NCBI RefSeq assembly: GCF_006345805.1
Contig: NC_043001.1
Coordinates: forward strand, 132,804,001-132,868,000
Direction of reading: 5' to 3'
Origin: Octopus sinensis
Taxonomy: Eukaryota
Length of the DNA: 64,000 nucleotides
Of this stretch, positions 28,735 through 41,405 are shown piece by piece. Position 1 is the stretch's first letter. Each line of letters begins with the position of its first letter. The notes beneath the pieces were generated by a model. The model was given only the letters and a program-made list of their open reading frames with translations, searched no databases and was not told the DNA's origin. A program made the position numbers and the translations under genes.

Positions 28735-28990
28735 TATGTCTGTGCACACCTTTGAATGCAATGTATGCCAGAAAGGTTTTCAAATCTAAAGGAGGACCCA
28801 GAAAACATCTTAAGATCCACAAACATCACAAGTTATCTGCAGCTCTTAGTGGTCCAGATCAGATACACAATCTGCATGGGTGTTTTTTAAGAACGTTATC
28901 TGGTTTAAAAAGCTACATCAGATGCCATCATGGTTCTAGGGTGTAGGTTCAGGTGGTCAAAATCTGCATAAGGAGTAGACAACCACCATA
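28735..28990 (+). mobile_element. Probable RTE-like LINE 3' end with two decayed C2H2 fingers
   Basis: FECNVCQK/VFKSKGGPRKHLKIH (frameshift) and ..RTLSGLKSYIRCH, stop, short UTR, (TA)n. Confidence 0.5.
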
Positions 28991-29006
28991 TATATATATA
29001 TATGTC

Positions 29007-29039
<33 letters not shown>

Positions 29040-29245
29040 TTGTGTGTGTTTGTGTGTGTGTATATGTATAAATGCATATATATATATGTATATACATGTA
29101 TATATATATGTATATATATGCATCTTGGAAATTTTAGATATGATTAACTTGGAGATTTTAGATATAACTTAACTTCTTGGAAATTTTAGGTATAATTATA
29201 CTAATGTGTCCATCTGTTCTAATTTAATTAAATTCTATGTCTTCG

Positions 29246-29332
29246 TGCAGTTGAAGATTGCTCTGCATTTTAAATTGATGCAATAATTGCATTGTTCAAT
29301 TAAATGGAGTTGCATGAAACGATCGTACTGCA
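29246..29332 (+). ncRNA. Hammerhead-like motif, copy 2
   Basis: tgcag TTGAAGA [long hairpin] GAAA CGATCG TA ctgca: 5-bp helix I and palindromic helix III. Confidence 0.65.
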
Positions 29333-29407
29333 TTACTTCTGGATATCCTTATAATTATTTTGGTATGTATATAAATATGTATATATATGTATGTATGTAT
29401 ATGTATA

Positions 29408-29447
<40 letters not shown>

Positions 29448-30415
29448 GTATATATGTATATTTATATATATATATATATATAATATATATATATGTATAT
29501 ATGTATGTATATATATATATATGTATATATATAAATCTAGACATATATGTTCTTTTTGTATCACTTACTGTCCAAATGTTTTCTTGTCGTCTGTTACGTT
29601 CTTGCTCCATCTTATGTTTTGATTTTTCATATATACATATAGCAGTGTATGCACCCTTTTGGTCTCCTGTATGTATGTACATATATATATCCAAATTCTG
29701 TACAACTCTTTCCTTTAGTGCCTTTCTCACTTTCTTCATTCATACCACTTTTTCTCACTCCCACACTCTTTCATATTTTTGGGCAGTCGCTTCATTCTCA
29801 TTACTTTCCCTCTTCCCTTAGCTCAGTCTGTCCTCTTTCTTTTTCTCTCTTCTTCTCATCCCTCCCTAATTCTTCAATCCATCTACCCACTACCTCTCTT
29901 CTCTCCTTTCACTTGACCGGTGCTCAGCCAAGCCTGACCTTTCTTTCTTGGTTCGAATACCATCCATGTAGCATCTCTCATATTTCTTCCCATGACTTAT
30001 CTATTTTTCTGCTGTAAGGCTTCACTTCCACACACACCAGCTTAATTTAATTCATCCCTAGTCTAAAGACACCTGTTGCTAATGTCCTGTTGGTTGTATT
30101 TCTATTTGTGTAACATTTCTCCATATTTTTTCGTCCTTGTTTTCGTATACATTCACTTGCTTTTTTCCAAAGAATCTAGTGCTCTTAGCTTAGATTTCCT
30201 TGGGGCCAGCCAGATTAGAGCAGTCTCGAGATTAACAGGCTGAAAATTGCAAAGATTATCTGCTTCTCAACTGAAGATTCAAAGCTCTGAATGACCCGTC
30301 CTTGTTTTTCCTTCCTTTTTTTGTATCACCTACAGTCTAAATTTTTTCTTGTTGCAAGTTATGTTCTCATTCCATTTTTTGTTTTGATTTTTTTGTGTGT
30401 ACATACATATATATA

Positions 30416-30450
<35 letters not shown>

Positions 30451-30577
30451 CATGTATGTATGTATATGTATAAATGTATGTATATATATATATATGTATA
30501 TATATATATGTAAGTATGTATATATATATATATGTATATATATGTATATATATATTATATATATATGTATGTATATA

Positions 30578-30645
<68 letters not shown>

Positions 30646-32659
30646 CATATAATATGTATGGGGAAAGTAAGAAGAAAAAAACGAAAATGCACATTGACTA
30701 TAAAAAATAAAGGTTTTTTATGAAAAGTAATGATAAATATATACAATTAGATGAACTGAGGTAGAATTAAGAGGAATAAAAGTCATTATTTTGAATTGTT
30801 AAAGGGATTCAAGTCATACCGGTTTTATCAATTGCTGATCACTGGCTTTTAATGTGCACCAATTACCAAATGGTGTCGAGTCTACAACTCCCTGAGTAAA
30901 AAGGTTATATGCAAGGGAGGTAAGTAGTTCTGGGAGGGGTGCAATTAGGGTACATGTAATATTGTAATATAAATGATGTATGGAATGTATGGAAATTAGT
31001 GGTATTAACGGTAAGGTTAGTAGTGCTCTATATTATTTTATGTGTTCATGTTGAGTTGTTTATATTTATTGATGAAAGTCACTTCTTTACTCATTCTTTG
31101 CTGAACTGAGGTGTTCTGTGAACATTGATATGTGTTCACTGACCTGTAACTGTCTGTATTGTGGGTAGCAGATTTGTTCTTTGTGAAGAGTTCTTCTTCG
31201 ACGAAGTGACATTCCTGTTTGGCCAATATAATGATTACTGCACCCTAAGCAGGTAATGGCTTAGATTAGGCTTTCCAAGGCACAGGTGAAATATGATCTT
31301 ATCTTAAATATTTCACCTTGTTTAAAGTCGAACTCTGTACCCTCCAAAAGGTGGGGCATGTGCCACAATTAGGCTGACTGCATTTTTTCACTTTTGGTTC
31401 CATTGTTAATGGATATAGTCTTGCGTTGGTTAATATTTGTGCTCTTGATAATTTTGTGTGAGCCTAAAATTTTATTCATTGTATAATCTCCTGTGAGGAT
31501 GGGTAGATTTTGGATGATAATGTTAAAGGCCTCATTGTTTCTAGGGTTGTGTGTGGAGATGTATGGGAGTATTTTTAAGTGTGGTGTAATATTTCAGTTG
31601 ACTTCCCTTAATGTTCATGTGTCTATTTCCTTTGCTCATTTAATCCCATCATTTATCAATGATGCTGGGTAATGTCTCTTGATTAGTATTGATCTGAGTT
31701 CAAGGAGTATTGGTGTCCGAAACTATGGTACAGATTCTTTTCTCAAGATTATAAGGTATATTAATTTTTATGTGTTTGGGGTGGCATGGTATTGTTTTGA
31801 ATCTATGGGTTTATAGAAGATGTCCATTTCGATGTGATTATTGACTATTTTAATTAGGATGTCAAGAAAAGGGAGTTGTTTATTGCTATGTTCCATGGTG
31901 AATTGTATGTTGCTATTGATATTGTTGAGCATTATTTTGAAATCAAGGAGTTTGTCCAAGCTATCTTTCCAAAGTATAAATCAATCATCTAAATACCTCT
32001 TTCACTTCTCCTTTAAATAGCAATGAAATGAGGTGCCATATTTTTGTAGTGATGGCCAGTATATTTTAAGTTCTAGGTAACCCATTACAAGGTTTGCAAT
32101 CAATGAGGCAGCTCGAATTCCCATTGCAATTCCACATCTTTGTCTATAGTAAACTGTATCGAACAGGAAATAGTTGTTCAGTAGGATGAATTTCAGTGCT
32201 GAAATTATGAATCTGTGGTTGATGCATCCTGGGATTTCTTCTGGGTAATTTTCTAGCCAGAAAGTGATTGCTTCTATACTATAATCGTGTGCGATATTGG
32301 TGTACAAGTTCACCACATTGAATGATACTAGCAGGGACATCAGGAGGTGGTTTGAATAAGATGTCGAGGAAATTGCTCAAACGATGGGTTTCACAAGCAG
32401 GGCCAGCAATGATGAGTTTTAGTTTGAGGTGAGTAGGGGGGAGGAACATTAATGCATAGGCTTTTGAGAATCTTTGCAAGCTTTACAAATATGTGAATTT
32501 TTGTGTAGTTTAGGTAATCCGTAAAAAAAAATTTGGTCTGTATTTAAAATTGGATAAATAGTAAATTTCTTTTTTAGTGAGGCTCTTTCCATGTACTTGA
32601 AGTAAAGAAGATAACTTTTTAAGTGTCTGCTATGGATTGTATTGTACTATCTTCTCATA

Positions 32660-33216
32660 CGAAGGTGAGTCAAAAAGTAACGCCACTTTGCTTAGGACAG
32701 GTATAATTACCAACACAGGAACATGTATAATACATCAAAATGAAGTTGGTCCTCTGTGGATCACATACCTTCTTCTCAACATAGCCACCATTTCTCTCAA
32801 AAGCAATGTTCTACCTTCAAATGAGAGCATGTATCTCTGCCCCGTAAAATTCTGTTGACTGTTCTTTGAGCCACTTCTTCACTACACTTTTTACTTCCTC
32901 ATCACTGGAATAATATTTGCCTCTCAAACCCTCTTTCATGGGGCTGAAGAGATGATAGTCTGAATGCGCTAAATTATTCCAGTGAATTATTTCAGTGAAG
33001 AAGTGGCTCAAAGAACAGTCAATAGAATTTTATGGGACAGGGATACATGCTCTCATTCGAAAGTGGAACATTGCTATAGAGAGAAACAGTGACTATGTTG
33101 AGAAGTAGCGATGTGATCCACAGACCACCAGCTTCATTTTGATGTATTATACATGTTCCTGTGTTAGTAATTATACCTGTCCTAAACAAAAGGCCTTACT
33201 TTTTGACTCACCCTCG
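32660..33216. mobile_element. mariner-derived foldback element made of two inverted 3' ends
   Basis: TA|CGAAGGTGAGTCAAAAAGTAA...TTACTTTTTGACTCACCCTCG|TA; arms 32660-32883 and 32994-33216; encodes LAHSDYHLFSPMKEGLRGK...KKWL. Removing it restores the host frame NNIYYEKIVQY. Confidence 0.92.
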
Positions 33217-34007
33217 TAGTAAATATTGTTTTCCAACATGGAGAGTATTAAATTTTTATAGTACTCAGTGTCCATCACCACTCCCGCACTTCCTTTATCG
33301 GCTTCTTTAATGGTCAGGTTTATATCATTTTTAACTTGATTAGGTTTTTCCATTCATTTGAGTTAAGGTTGGATTTTAATTCGTTGTTTTTATAGGGTAT
33401 TGAAAGGAAAATTGGTAATGTGTTCACAAAAACCATCAAGTGCATTATTTCTCCCTTTTATAGAACAGTATTCGCTTTTGTTTTATTCTATTGAGTCATC
33501 TTCACTGGTGTAGTTATGAAGTGCTTCTGTGAGGTGCAATTTTCAGCAAAAATCCATAGTGTTATCCTTGATTTCATTTGGGTTCGATCTGCGAGGGGTT
33601 GATGTAAACTTTAAACCTCTTGCTAGAATTTTTGTTTGTGTAGTACTTAGGATTTTCTTTGATAAGTTGATTATTTTCGGTTGTTCTTGTACATTTTGTT
33701 CCATTTCACATCTCTGTTTCTCTGATTTAGGTCTAAAAAATGGTTGGAGTAGGTGGATTGTTGTGGCAAGTCTGTATTGTATTTGGTTTGGTGAGGAAAA
33801 AATGGGTTTAAAGTTTGTCTGTGGTAGTATGTTTGTGGTGGAATGACTGTGTAGTAGACTAAATTATGGTTGTACTGAGGGTTTGGGTTAAATTTATTTT
33901 CAATTTTGTAATGTGGGTGGAGGGAGAAGTTATATTGTCAAGTTAGGTTGTGTCTAGTTGAATGCTTGAAGTATTCATGTTGAGGGTTAAGTCTCAGTGG
34001 TAAGTTT

Positions 34008-34242
34008 ATAAGGCGGCGAGCTGACAGAATCGTTAGCACGTCGGGCGAAATGCTTAGCAGTATTTCATCTGCTGCTACGTTCTGAGTTCAAATTCCGCCG
34101 AGGTCGACTTTGCCTTTCATCCTTTCGGGGTCAATTAAATAAGTACCAGTTACGCACTGGGGTCGATATAATCGACTTAATCCGTTTGTCTGTCCTTGTT
34201 TGTCCCCTCTGTGTGTAGCCCCTTGTGGGCAGTAAAGAAATA
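34008..34242 (+). mobile_element. SINE family A, full length
   Basis: ggcggcgagctgacagaatcg...gagttcaaattcc...aagaaata; TSD ggtaagttt at 33999-34007 and 34243-34251. Confidence 0.92.
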
Positions 34243-34694
34243 GGTAAGTTTTTCCACTGTCTGTGAGATGATGGGGGTAGATTGGTAGGTTCCCGAAAGT
34301 TTAGGTTAGTCTGGAGGCTTGGATGGGTCTTTTGATTTGTATGCAGAGGGCCTTGAAAATTACATCTGGATTTTCTATTACAAACGGAATTCCTATTTGT
34401 TGCCTGGAAGTTATTTTGGTGCAGAAGTGAGATTAGTTCAGTGGATTTGTGTCCCCTAGATTGTCTGTGGTTTGAGTTAGATAAATGTGATGTCCTTTCT
34501 GCATGAGGTTTTGGTTTCTTTTTCTTCAAGAAGGGGTTATCCAATATGTTTTCTATGTTGAACTGTGTTTTGTAGTTTAGGAAGAAATTAGCTTGTCTTT
34601 CCCAGCGTTGTAGGGAATTGGTTTCTTCAGTTTCACATATTGTTTTCCATAGTTTAAAAACATTCTCCAAGAATTGACCATCTGAATGTTTCCT

Positions 34695-35112
34695 TGAGTA
34701 AATATATATCGAATTAACCCTTTCGTTACTGTATTTATTTTGAGATGCTCTGTGTTTCTTTCAATTATTTCAAATATAACAAAGAATTTAGTAAAATAAC
34801 TTAGTTATCATCAAGCTAATGTTAGGAACATAAATTGTGACTAAGGTTTGGCGGAAGATTTTAATTAACCCTTTCGTTACCAACCCGGCCAAAACCAGCT
34901 CTGGCTCTGTAGTACAAATGTCTTGTTTTCAATAGTTTTGAATTAAAATCTTCCACCAAACCTTAGTCACAATTTATGTTCCTAACACTAGCTTGATGAT
35001 AACTAAGTTATTTTACTAAATTCTTTGTTATATTTGAAATAATTGAAAGAAACACAGAGCATCTCAAAATAAATACAGTAACGAAAGGGTTAATTCGATA
35101 TATATTTACTCA
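34695..35112. repeat. Near-perfect inverted repeat, 172-bp arms, 74-bp spacer
   Basis: 34695-34866 is the reverse complement of 34941-35112; I see two mismatches. Confidence 0.95.
34869..35089. mobile_element. piggyBac-type MITE (family 1)
   Basis: TTAA|CCCTTTCGTTAC...GTAACGAAAGGG|TTAA. Confidence 0.88.
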
Positions 35113-35581
35113 TCAATGTTTTTTTAAATTTTTGTTCATTACTTAACGCTCTAAGTTTAAGGAGTTTGATTTCCGTCTTCATTTTTTTTCCAATGCTAGT
35201 TTCTCCCTTAATTGTCTTTGTTGGTCCTTCTTGTTTGGTATTAGTTTAATTTAAAATTTATGAGGTAAGATTATTGAGGTTGAATTTAACCAGTGTTCAT
35301 AAATTTCTGCCTTGTAGTTGATTTTAATCATATTCCAGAAAGAAAATTCTCTGGCTTTGAGTTTCTCATTCCAGATATGGATAATACAGTTTTTAATTGA
35401 TTGCATTAACGTGGAGGAGGTTCTATCGTGTGTATCATCTGTAAGAGGATTTTCATTTATACAACTGTCATGAGGTAACGATTGTAGAGTGGGGCATAAT
35501 TTGGTCAAATATTGATTGAGTTGTTCCACAGATTGTCCCTTCTTTTCTTTTTCCTTTGTCTCTTGTGTACATTGATTAAGT

Positions 35582-35966
35582 GGAGGCGCAATGGCCCAGT
35601 GGTTAGGGCAGCGGACTCGCGGTCGTAGGATCGTGGTTTTGATTCCCAGACCAGGCGTTGTGATTGTTTATTGAGCGAAAACACCTAAAGCTCCACAAGG
35701 CTCCGGCAGGGGATAGTGGTGATCCCTGCTGTACTCTTTCACCACAACTTTCTCTCACTCTTACTTCCTGTTTCTGTTGTACCTGTATTTCAAAGGGCCG
35801 GCCTTGTCACCCTCTGTGTCACACTGAATATCCTCGAGAACTACGTTAAGGGTACATGTGTCTGTGGAGTGCTCAGCCACTTACACGTTAATTTCACGAG
35901 CAGGCTGTTCCGTTGGTCGGATCAACTGGAACCCTCATCGTCGTAACCGACGGAGTGCTTCCATCC
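35582..35966 (+). mobile_element. tRNA-derived SINE (Arg-TCG-like head)
   Basis: tggcccagtggttagggc..gacTCGcggtc..ggttttgattccc; 13-bp TSD acattgattaagt at 35569-35581 and 35967-35979. Confidence 0.88.
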
Positions 35967-36019
35967 ACATTGATTAAGTTCATCAATCTTGTTAATTAGG
36001 AGTCTCAAATGCAGAAACT

Positions 36020-37440
36020 GCCCTCATTATTATTATAGATTGTAAAGTTATGGTTATAATTATTATTATTCTTTCTATCGTTATTTTTATTACTATTACT
36101 ATCAGCTTTGGTGGGGTTGTTCCTGTACGATTTATTTATTTTATTTACCTTGATATTATCATTTCCAACAGGGACTTCATTGTTTCTTTGAGGTGTGTTA
36201 TTTAAATTTTTATTGTTATTATTATTTTTCTTGCTATTGTTATCATTCCCATTATTAGTATTTCTATTGTTATCATATTTAATGTTATTATGAATCTTAT
36301 CGTTCTTCCAACTATTTTTGTTATTACTACTACTATTACTATTATTGTTATTCTTATGGATTTTGTGATGATCATAATAGACATTTTGGCTATTATTCCT
36401 ATTATTATAATTTTGAATATTTATGTAATTCGGGTTATTTCTATAGGGTTCTATGTAAAGGTACTTAACTTTTTGCTTATAACCTGCTTTTTCTAATGCC
36501 CTGTTGTAGAATTCTGTATACTTATTAAAGATATCTTCGTTGGATCAGAGATATGAGATTCTTTTGCTGATGCCTTGTATAAGTCCTCTTTTTATAAAGT
36601 TTGGGTGGTTGCTAGGTGCATTTATATATTTAAGGTTTGTATTCGATTTAATGTACAGTTCATGTAGTCCCATGGTTAGATTACTGTTGGCATCTAAGTA
36701 GTTAATAGAATTATGCTCTTTTTCTATTGTGATAGTTTAGCCAAAACATTTAAAGAACTTATATAGTTTTTCTTTAGTAGTTCTAGTTTCCTATTTGAGG
36801 TGTTTTTAAGGATAAATAATGTGTCATCTCTGTAAAGGCCTCTCCTGATCTCTCAGAATTCTTCATCAAAATGTGATAATAAGTAAATGCCTACTAAGTC
36901 AGATACCTGTGCTGAATCAGTGGCTCCCACAGTGATGTTGAAGTAATTAGGGGTATCTTTTCTTACCCATAATTAGTTAACGAATTTCATTAGCTTCCTA
37001 TATTTCCTAGCTTCTATGCCTACCTTAATTTCATTCATGGTCAATTCAGTATGTTTTTTGGTGAAGATAATCATAGGGTTAATTGATGAGTAGTAGTTCT
37101 CTATGTCTATTTGTAGGAACTTAAAGCTATTTTTATTCTGTATCTTGGATAACCAGTTAAGGGTGTCATAGGTATTTGACCATAAATCAAGGGTGATTTT
37201 ATTTTTTATAGTAGGGATATATTTATCTAATATTAAGTTACTTAGTTTACATAAATCAGATTTATTGGGGCAGATTAGTCTAACTTTCATGTCTGTTAAG
37301 AAATTTACTTTATGGTCCTTAATTGTTATGCAGGGTTTGGAAGGTGCAAAAAAGTTCAGTTTTCTCTTCTATGTTATAGTTGGTCGTAATTTTCTTGGCA
37401 AATCCCCCATGATAATTCCCTCTGTATTAACATCATAGGT
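36020..37440 (-). mobile_element. Decayed PLE reverse transcriptase, Naiad-like, with an Asn-rich linker
   Basis: VRLICPNKSDL...FLQIDIENYYSSI...FNITVGATDSAQVSDLVGIYLL...GLYRDD...INYLD...SNHP, followed by AAT-rich codons. Confidence 0.85.
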
Positions 37441-38500
37441 ATTATTAGCATCTTTCCCCTTTAACTGGTAATTAACATCTTGATTTAGGGTCTTCCCCAA
37501 CCCAGCCTCCTATATAGACAGTTACTTGAACATTTCCCAAAATCCTGACAATATTTATGACCATACCCAACTATAAACTGTCAACTCACTCTGTCTATCC
37601 ATTCTAGACAGACACTGTCCTCTGGCCTTAGATTTAGTAGTTGATAACAAAGACTAATAAATCAAAAAATGAACCACAATCCATTACAATAAACTGCAGC
37701 CATGCTAGGAGACCACCATGACTAGTGTACTTGAACAAATCAACCCCAGTACTTATTTTTAAGCCTTGTACTGATTCTGTCAGTTTCTTTTTATTGAACT
37801 GTTAAGTTACAGGGACATAAACAAACTAACACTGGTAGTCAAGTGATGGATGGGTGAGAAACATGACGATATGGCCAGATATATTTTCATAGAAGATTGG
37901 AAACAAAGGACACTGCTTCTATAATGGTAATAATCATTTACAGTAATTGCATAATTTCAAAACAAGGTGACATGAACCCACACCTTAACCCTTTAGCATT
38001 CAGATTATTCTGTCAATTGTAATGCTTATTTATTCACAGTTTTAAAGTAATCATGTATTGTCTTATAGTTTTCAGATTTTTATAAGGTAATTTAATTTTT
38101 AGAATGATATTGTAAGGTAGGTGTGAAGGGCCAAATCAGTGCACTTTAAACATAAAGCAGATTATATATTTTAGCTGGATATGGCTGATTTAAATGCTCA
38201 AGAGTTAAATGACAGCTGCTCTTTTATTAAACTTTGTGATAATTAAGATATTTTGTTCTGTATGTATGAATATTCTATTTTTCCTATTGGAGATATTGTT
38301 GAAAATTGTACATTATTAAAGTTGCTAATGAGAAGATGAGAATGTAAAGATTACAAAATAACAGGAAAATAAGAAAATTATGTTTATCACTTTTCAAATG
38401 TTATGCTTATTCAACTATTGTAGTCAATGATTTACTCATTGTTTTACAATAAGTTATTTCCTACAATAAATGCTCTCTCTTATTTTTACAAATGTTGTAC

Positions 38501-38732
38501 ATAAGGCGCAGGAGTGGCTATAAGGCACAGGAGTGGCTATAAGGCGCAGGAGTGGCTATAAGGCACTGGAGTGGCTGTGTGGTAAGTAGCTTGCTAACCA
38601 TCCACATGGTTCCGGGTTCAGTCCCACTGCGTGGCATCTTGGGCAAGTGTCTTCTGCTATAGCCCCGGGCCGACCAATGCCTTGTGAGTGGATTTGGTAG
38701 ACGGAAACTGAAAGAAGCCCGTCGTATATATG

Positions 38733-38763
<31 letters not shown>

Positions 38764-38990
38764 ATGTGTGTGTAATTGTGTGTCTGTGTTTGTCCCCCTA
38801 GCATTGCTTGACAACCGATGCTGGTGTGTTTATGTCCCCGTTACTTAGCGGTTCGGCAAAAGAGACCGATAGAATAAGTACTGGGCTTACAAAAGAATAA
38901 GTCCCGGGGTCGAGTTGCTCGATTAAAGGTGGTGCTCCAGCATGGCCGCAGTCAAATGACTGAAACAAGTAAAATAGTAAAATAGTAAAA
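38501..38990 (+). mobile_element. SINE family C with four 19-bp head repeats
   Basis: (ataaggcgcaggagtggct) x4 at 38501-38576, then a full SINE. Confidence 0.9.
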
Positions 38991-39933
38991 TATGTATGTG
39001 TTTAAAACTTCCAAAATATATGCATATTTACACATGGGTACATGATCTTACAAACAGGTTGCATGCATTTTCAAAAGAATTTCTAAAGAAAACAAGGATA
39101 GTTTATGCAAAAGCAGCACATTTACAACATATCTGATGCATTGGAAAAGCTACAAATGTACATAACAAGCATCATTATTCACATTCAATACAAAAGTTCC
39201 TGAAGAACAATTTTCCTTGTATAGACATGAGGAAACACCAATACACCTTGGCCTTCTGAATTTTCTATACTTTCAAATCATTTCTGTTTTTTTTTTCCTC
39301 TGTTTAACCCAATTGCACTTAATCCAGCCAAATCAGGTGAAAATATTCTACTTGTCTTATGTTCAAACAGGCCAGATCTGGCCTGTAACTCCTACCCTAC
39401 ACTGTCATTGTAAAAACAAACAATCACATCATTGAAATTTTGAAGCTAGAAAATAGTGCATATCCAATTCAAAACAATGTAAATAAATAATCATTACATT
39501 TGAGAGCATAATCTGAAAGCTAAAGCAAGAAATACATGCATGTAATGTAATAATAGGCTAAAGATGAATACATGACACCTCTCAGTAAGATGAATTTAAA
39601 AGGTAATAGGTGAATATAGAGGGATATATGAAGTAGAATGATAAATAGTGGAATAAGTGTAAATACAAATAGCATATTAAATATATGTTGATAATGCATC
39701 CTCATTATTCAAAGTCTGTTTTCCATGCTGGTATGAGTTGGATGGTTTGACCAGAGCTGGCAGGCTACACCAGGTTCCAGACAGATTTGGCTTGGGTTCT
39801 ATAGCTGGATGCCCTTTCTAATGCCAACCACTTTACACACTGTGTTGGGTGCGTTTAACAAGAAGTGGCACTGGCATGAGTGTTTTCACTCTTCACCAGG
39901 GGATGTGGCCTTAACACTTCTGCTGTTGTGGTG

Positions 39934-39965
<32 letters not shown>

Positions 39966-40024
39966 TGATTAGTTTTACCAATGAGAAAAAAGAAAAAATT
40001 AATTTAAACATCAGAATTTCATCA

Positions 40025-40660
40025 ACATCATCATCATCATCATCATCATCATTTAACATCTGTTGTCGTGTTGGTATGGGTCGGATGGTTTGACCAGGGC
40101 TGGCAAGCTGGAAGGCTGCACTAGACACCAGTCTGATTTCACATGGTTTCTACAGCTGGATGCCCTTCCTAAAGCCAACCACTCTGGGTGCTCTTACATG
40201 CCACAGGCAATGGTGCCATTTGCGTGACACCAGTATCTGCTACGACTTTGATTTTACTTGGCTTGATGGGTCTTCTACTCAAGCACAGCATAATGCCAAA
40301 GGTCACGGTCATTCATTATTGCCTACCCAAGGCCCAACACTTGAAAGGTGCTTTTTACATGCCACCAGCATGGGTGCTGTATATGTGGCACCAGCATTGG
40401 CCACAACTACAATCTCACTTGGCTTGATGGATCTTCTCAAGCACAGCATAATGTTTTGGCCTCTAGTTATTACCTCAATGAGGCCCAAAGTTCGAAGATC
40501 ATGCTTCACCACCTTGTCCCATGTCTTCCTGGGTCTACCTCTACCACAGGTTCCCTCCACAGTTAGAGATCAGCACTTCTTTGCACAGCTGTCTTCATCC
40601 ACACACATCACATAACCATACCAGTGCAGTCATCTCTCTTGTACACCACATCTGATGCCT
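40025..40660 (-). mobile_element. RTE LINE 3' fragment
   Basis: LHWYGYVM...VEGTCGRGRPRKTWDKVVKHDL, then a UTR with the GGAAGGGCATCCAGC core and (GAT)n. Confidence 0.88.
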
Positions 40661-40772
40661 TTATGAATAAAAAGGCATTAGTTGAGCATTATGGACAAAG
40701 AAAACAACAGAATGAACTTCCAAATACAAAAACAAACTAAGCTGAATGACTCCAGTCAGTAATGAGAGCTCA

Positions 40773-41168
40773 TCTTTATATATAAAAGTAAGGTTGTGTG
40801 CTGTCTGTCTCCTACGATTTAGATTCTTAACTACTCCCACATTTTGCGGTGCAGTTTAACCAAAACCGGGTATCTTATAGTCGTGATTCATATCGAGCCC
40901 TTCTGGGTATTAGCGCGCGTCTGCGATGAGTCTACGATTTTTAAAATATTTACCATCAATTTTTCCCATTTTTAATGCAGTTTTGGCATATATAAGGGAA
41001 GTAACTCTTTAAAAATTTATTATTAAATCTCAGAACGTAAAAAGCTACAGTAACACCCCCACCTTTGTGGTTAGCCATATTGAGATGGCTATTATACTTT
41101 ACATCTCTAAAAATGCTTATATAGTTATTTCCCTTACAAATCCGAGCAACGCCGGGCGATACTGCTAG
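40773..41168 (+). mobile_element. Non-autonomous Helitron
   Basis: A|TCtttatatataaa...ccgagcaacgccggg hairpin...CTAG|T: 5' TC, 3' CTAG, inserted between A and T, no TSD. Confidence 0.88.
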
Positions 41169-41247
41169 TACTGTATAATTTAGAAAGTAAATCATATAAA
41201 AGGAACAACTTCAACAGCTTAAAATGGTTAAATGTTATTTATAAAAC

Positions 41248-41286
<39 letters not shown>

Positions 41287-41330
41287 AATACACATAGTGT
41301 ATTATATATATATGAACAGAACGTGTGTGT

Positions 41331-41405
<75 letters not shown>

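Larger units (their letters stand above)
30760..36020 (-). mobile_element. Near full-length decayed PLE (RT + GIY-YIG, Neptune-like) carrying four nested insertions
   Basis: In order on minus: IKEADKG (33.3 kb), VSFNVVNLYTNI, QRCGIAMG, KRYLDD (~31990), FTMEHSNKQLPFLDI..YKP, CSQPNCGTC, CSNHYIGQTG (~31220); many stops and frameshifts. Confidence 0.92.

Noticed and set aside
28745-28930. Host C2H2 zinc-finger gene
   Set aside because: Frameshifted, decayed, no linker repeats, and ends in a LINE-like tail.
30160-30300. CTGAAGA in a repeat homologous to 49310-49440 (CTGATGA)
   Set aside because: No downstream GAAA or consistent helices; not counted as a hammerhead.
35582-35660. tRNA-Arg gene
   Set aside because: No acceptor stem; it is the head of a TSD-flanked SINE.
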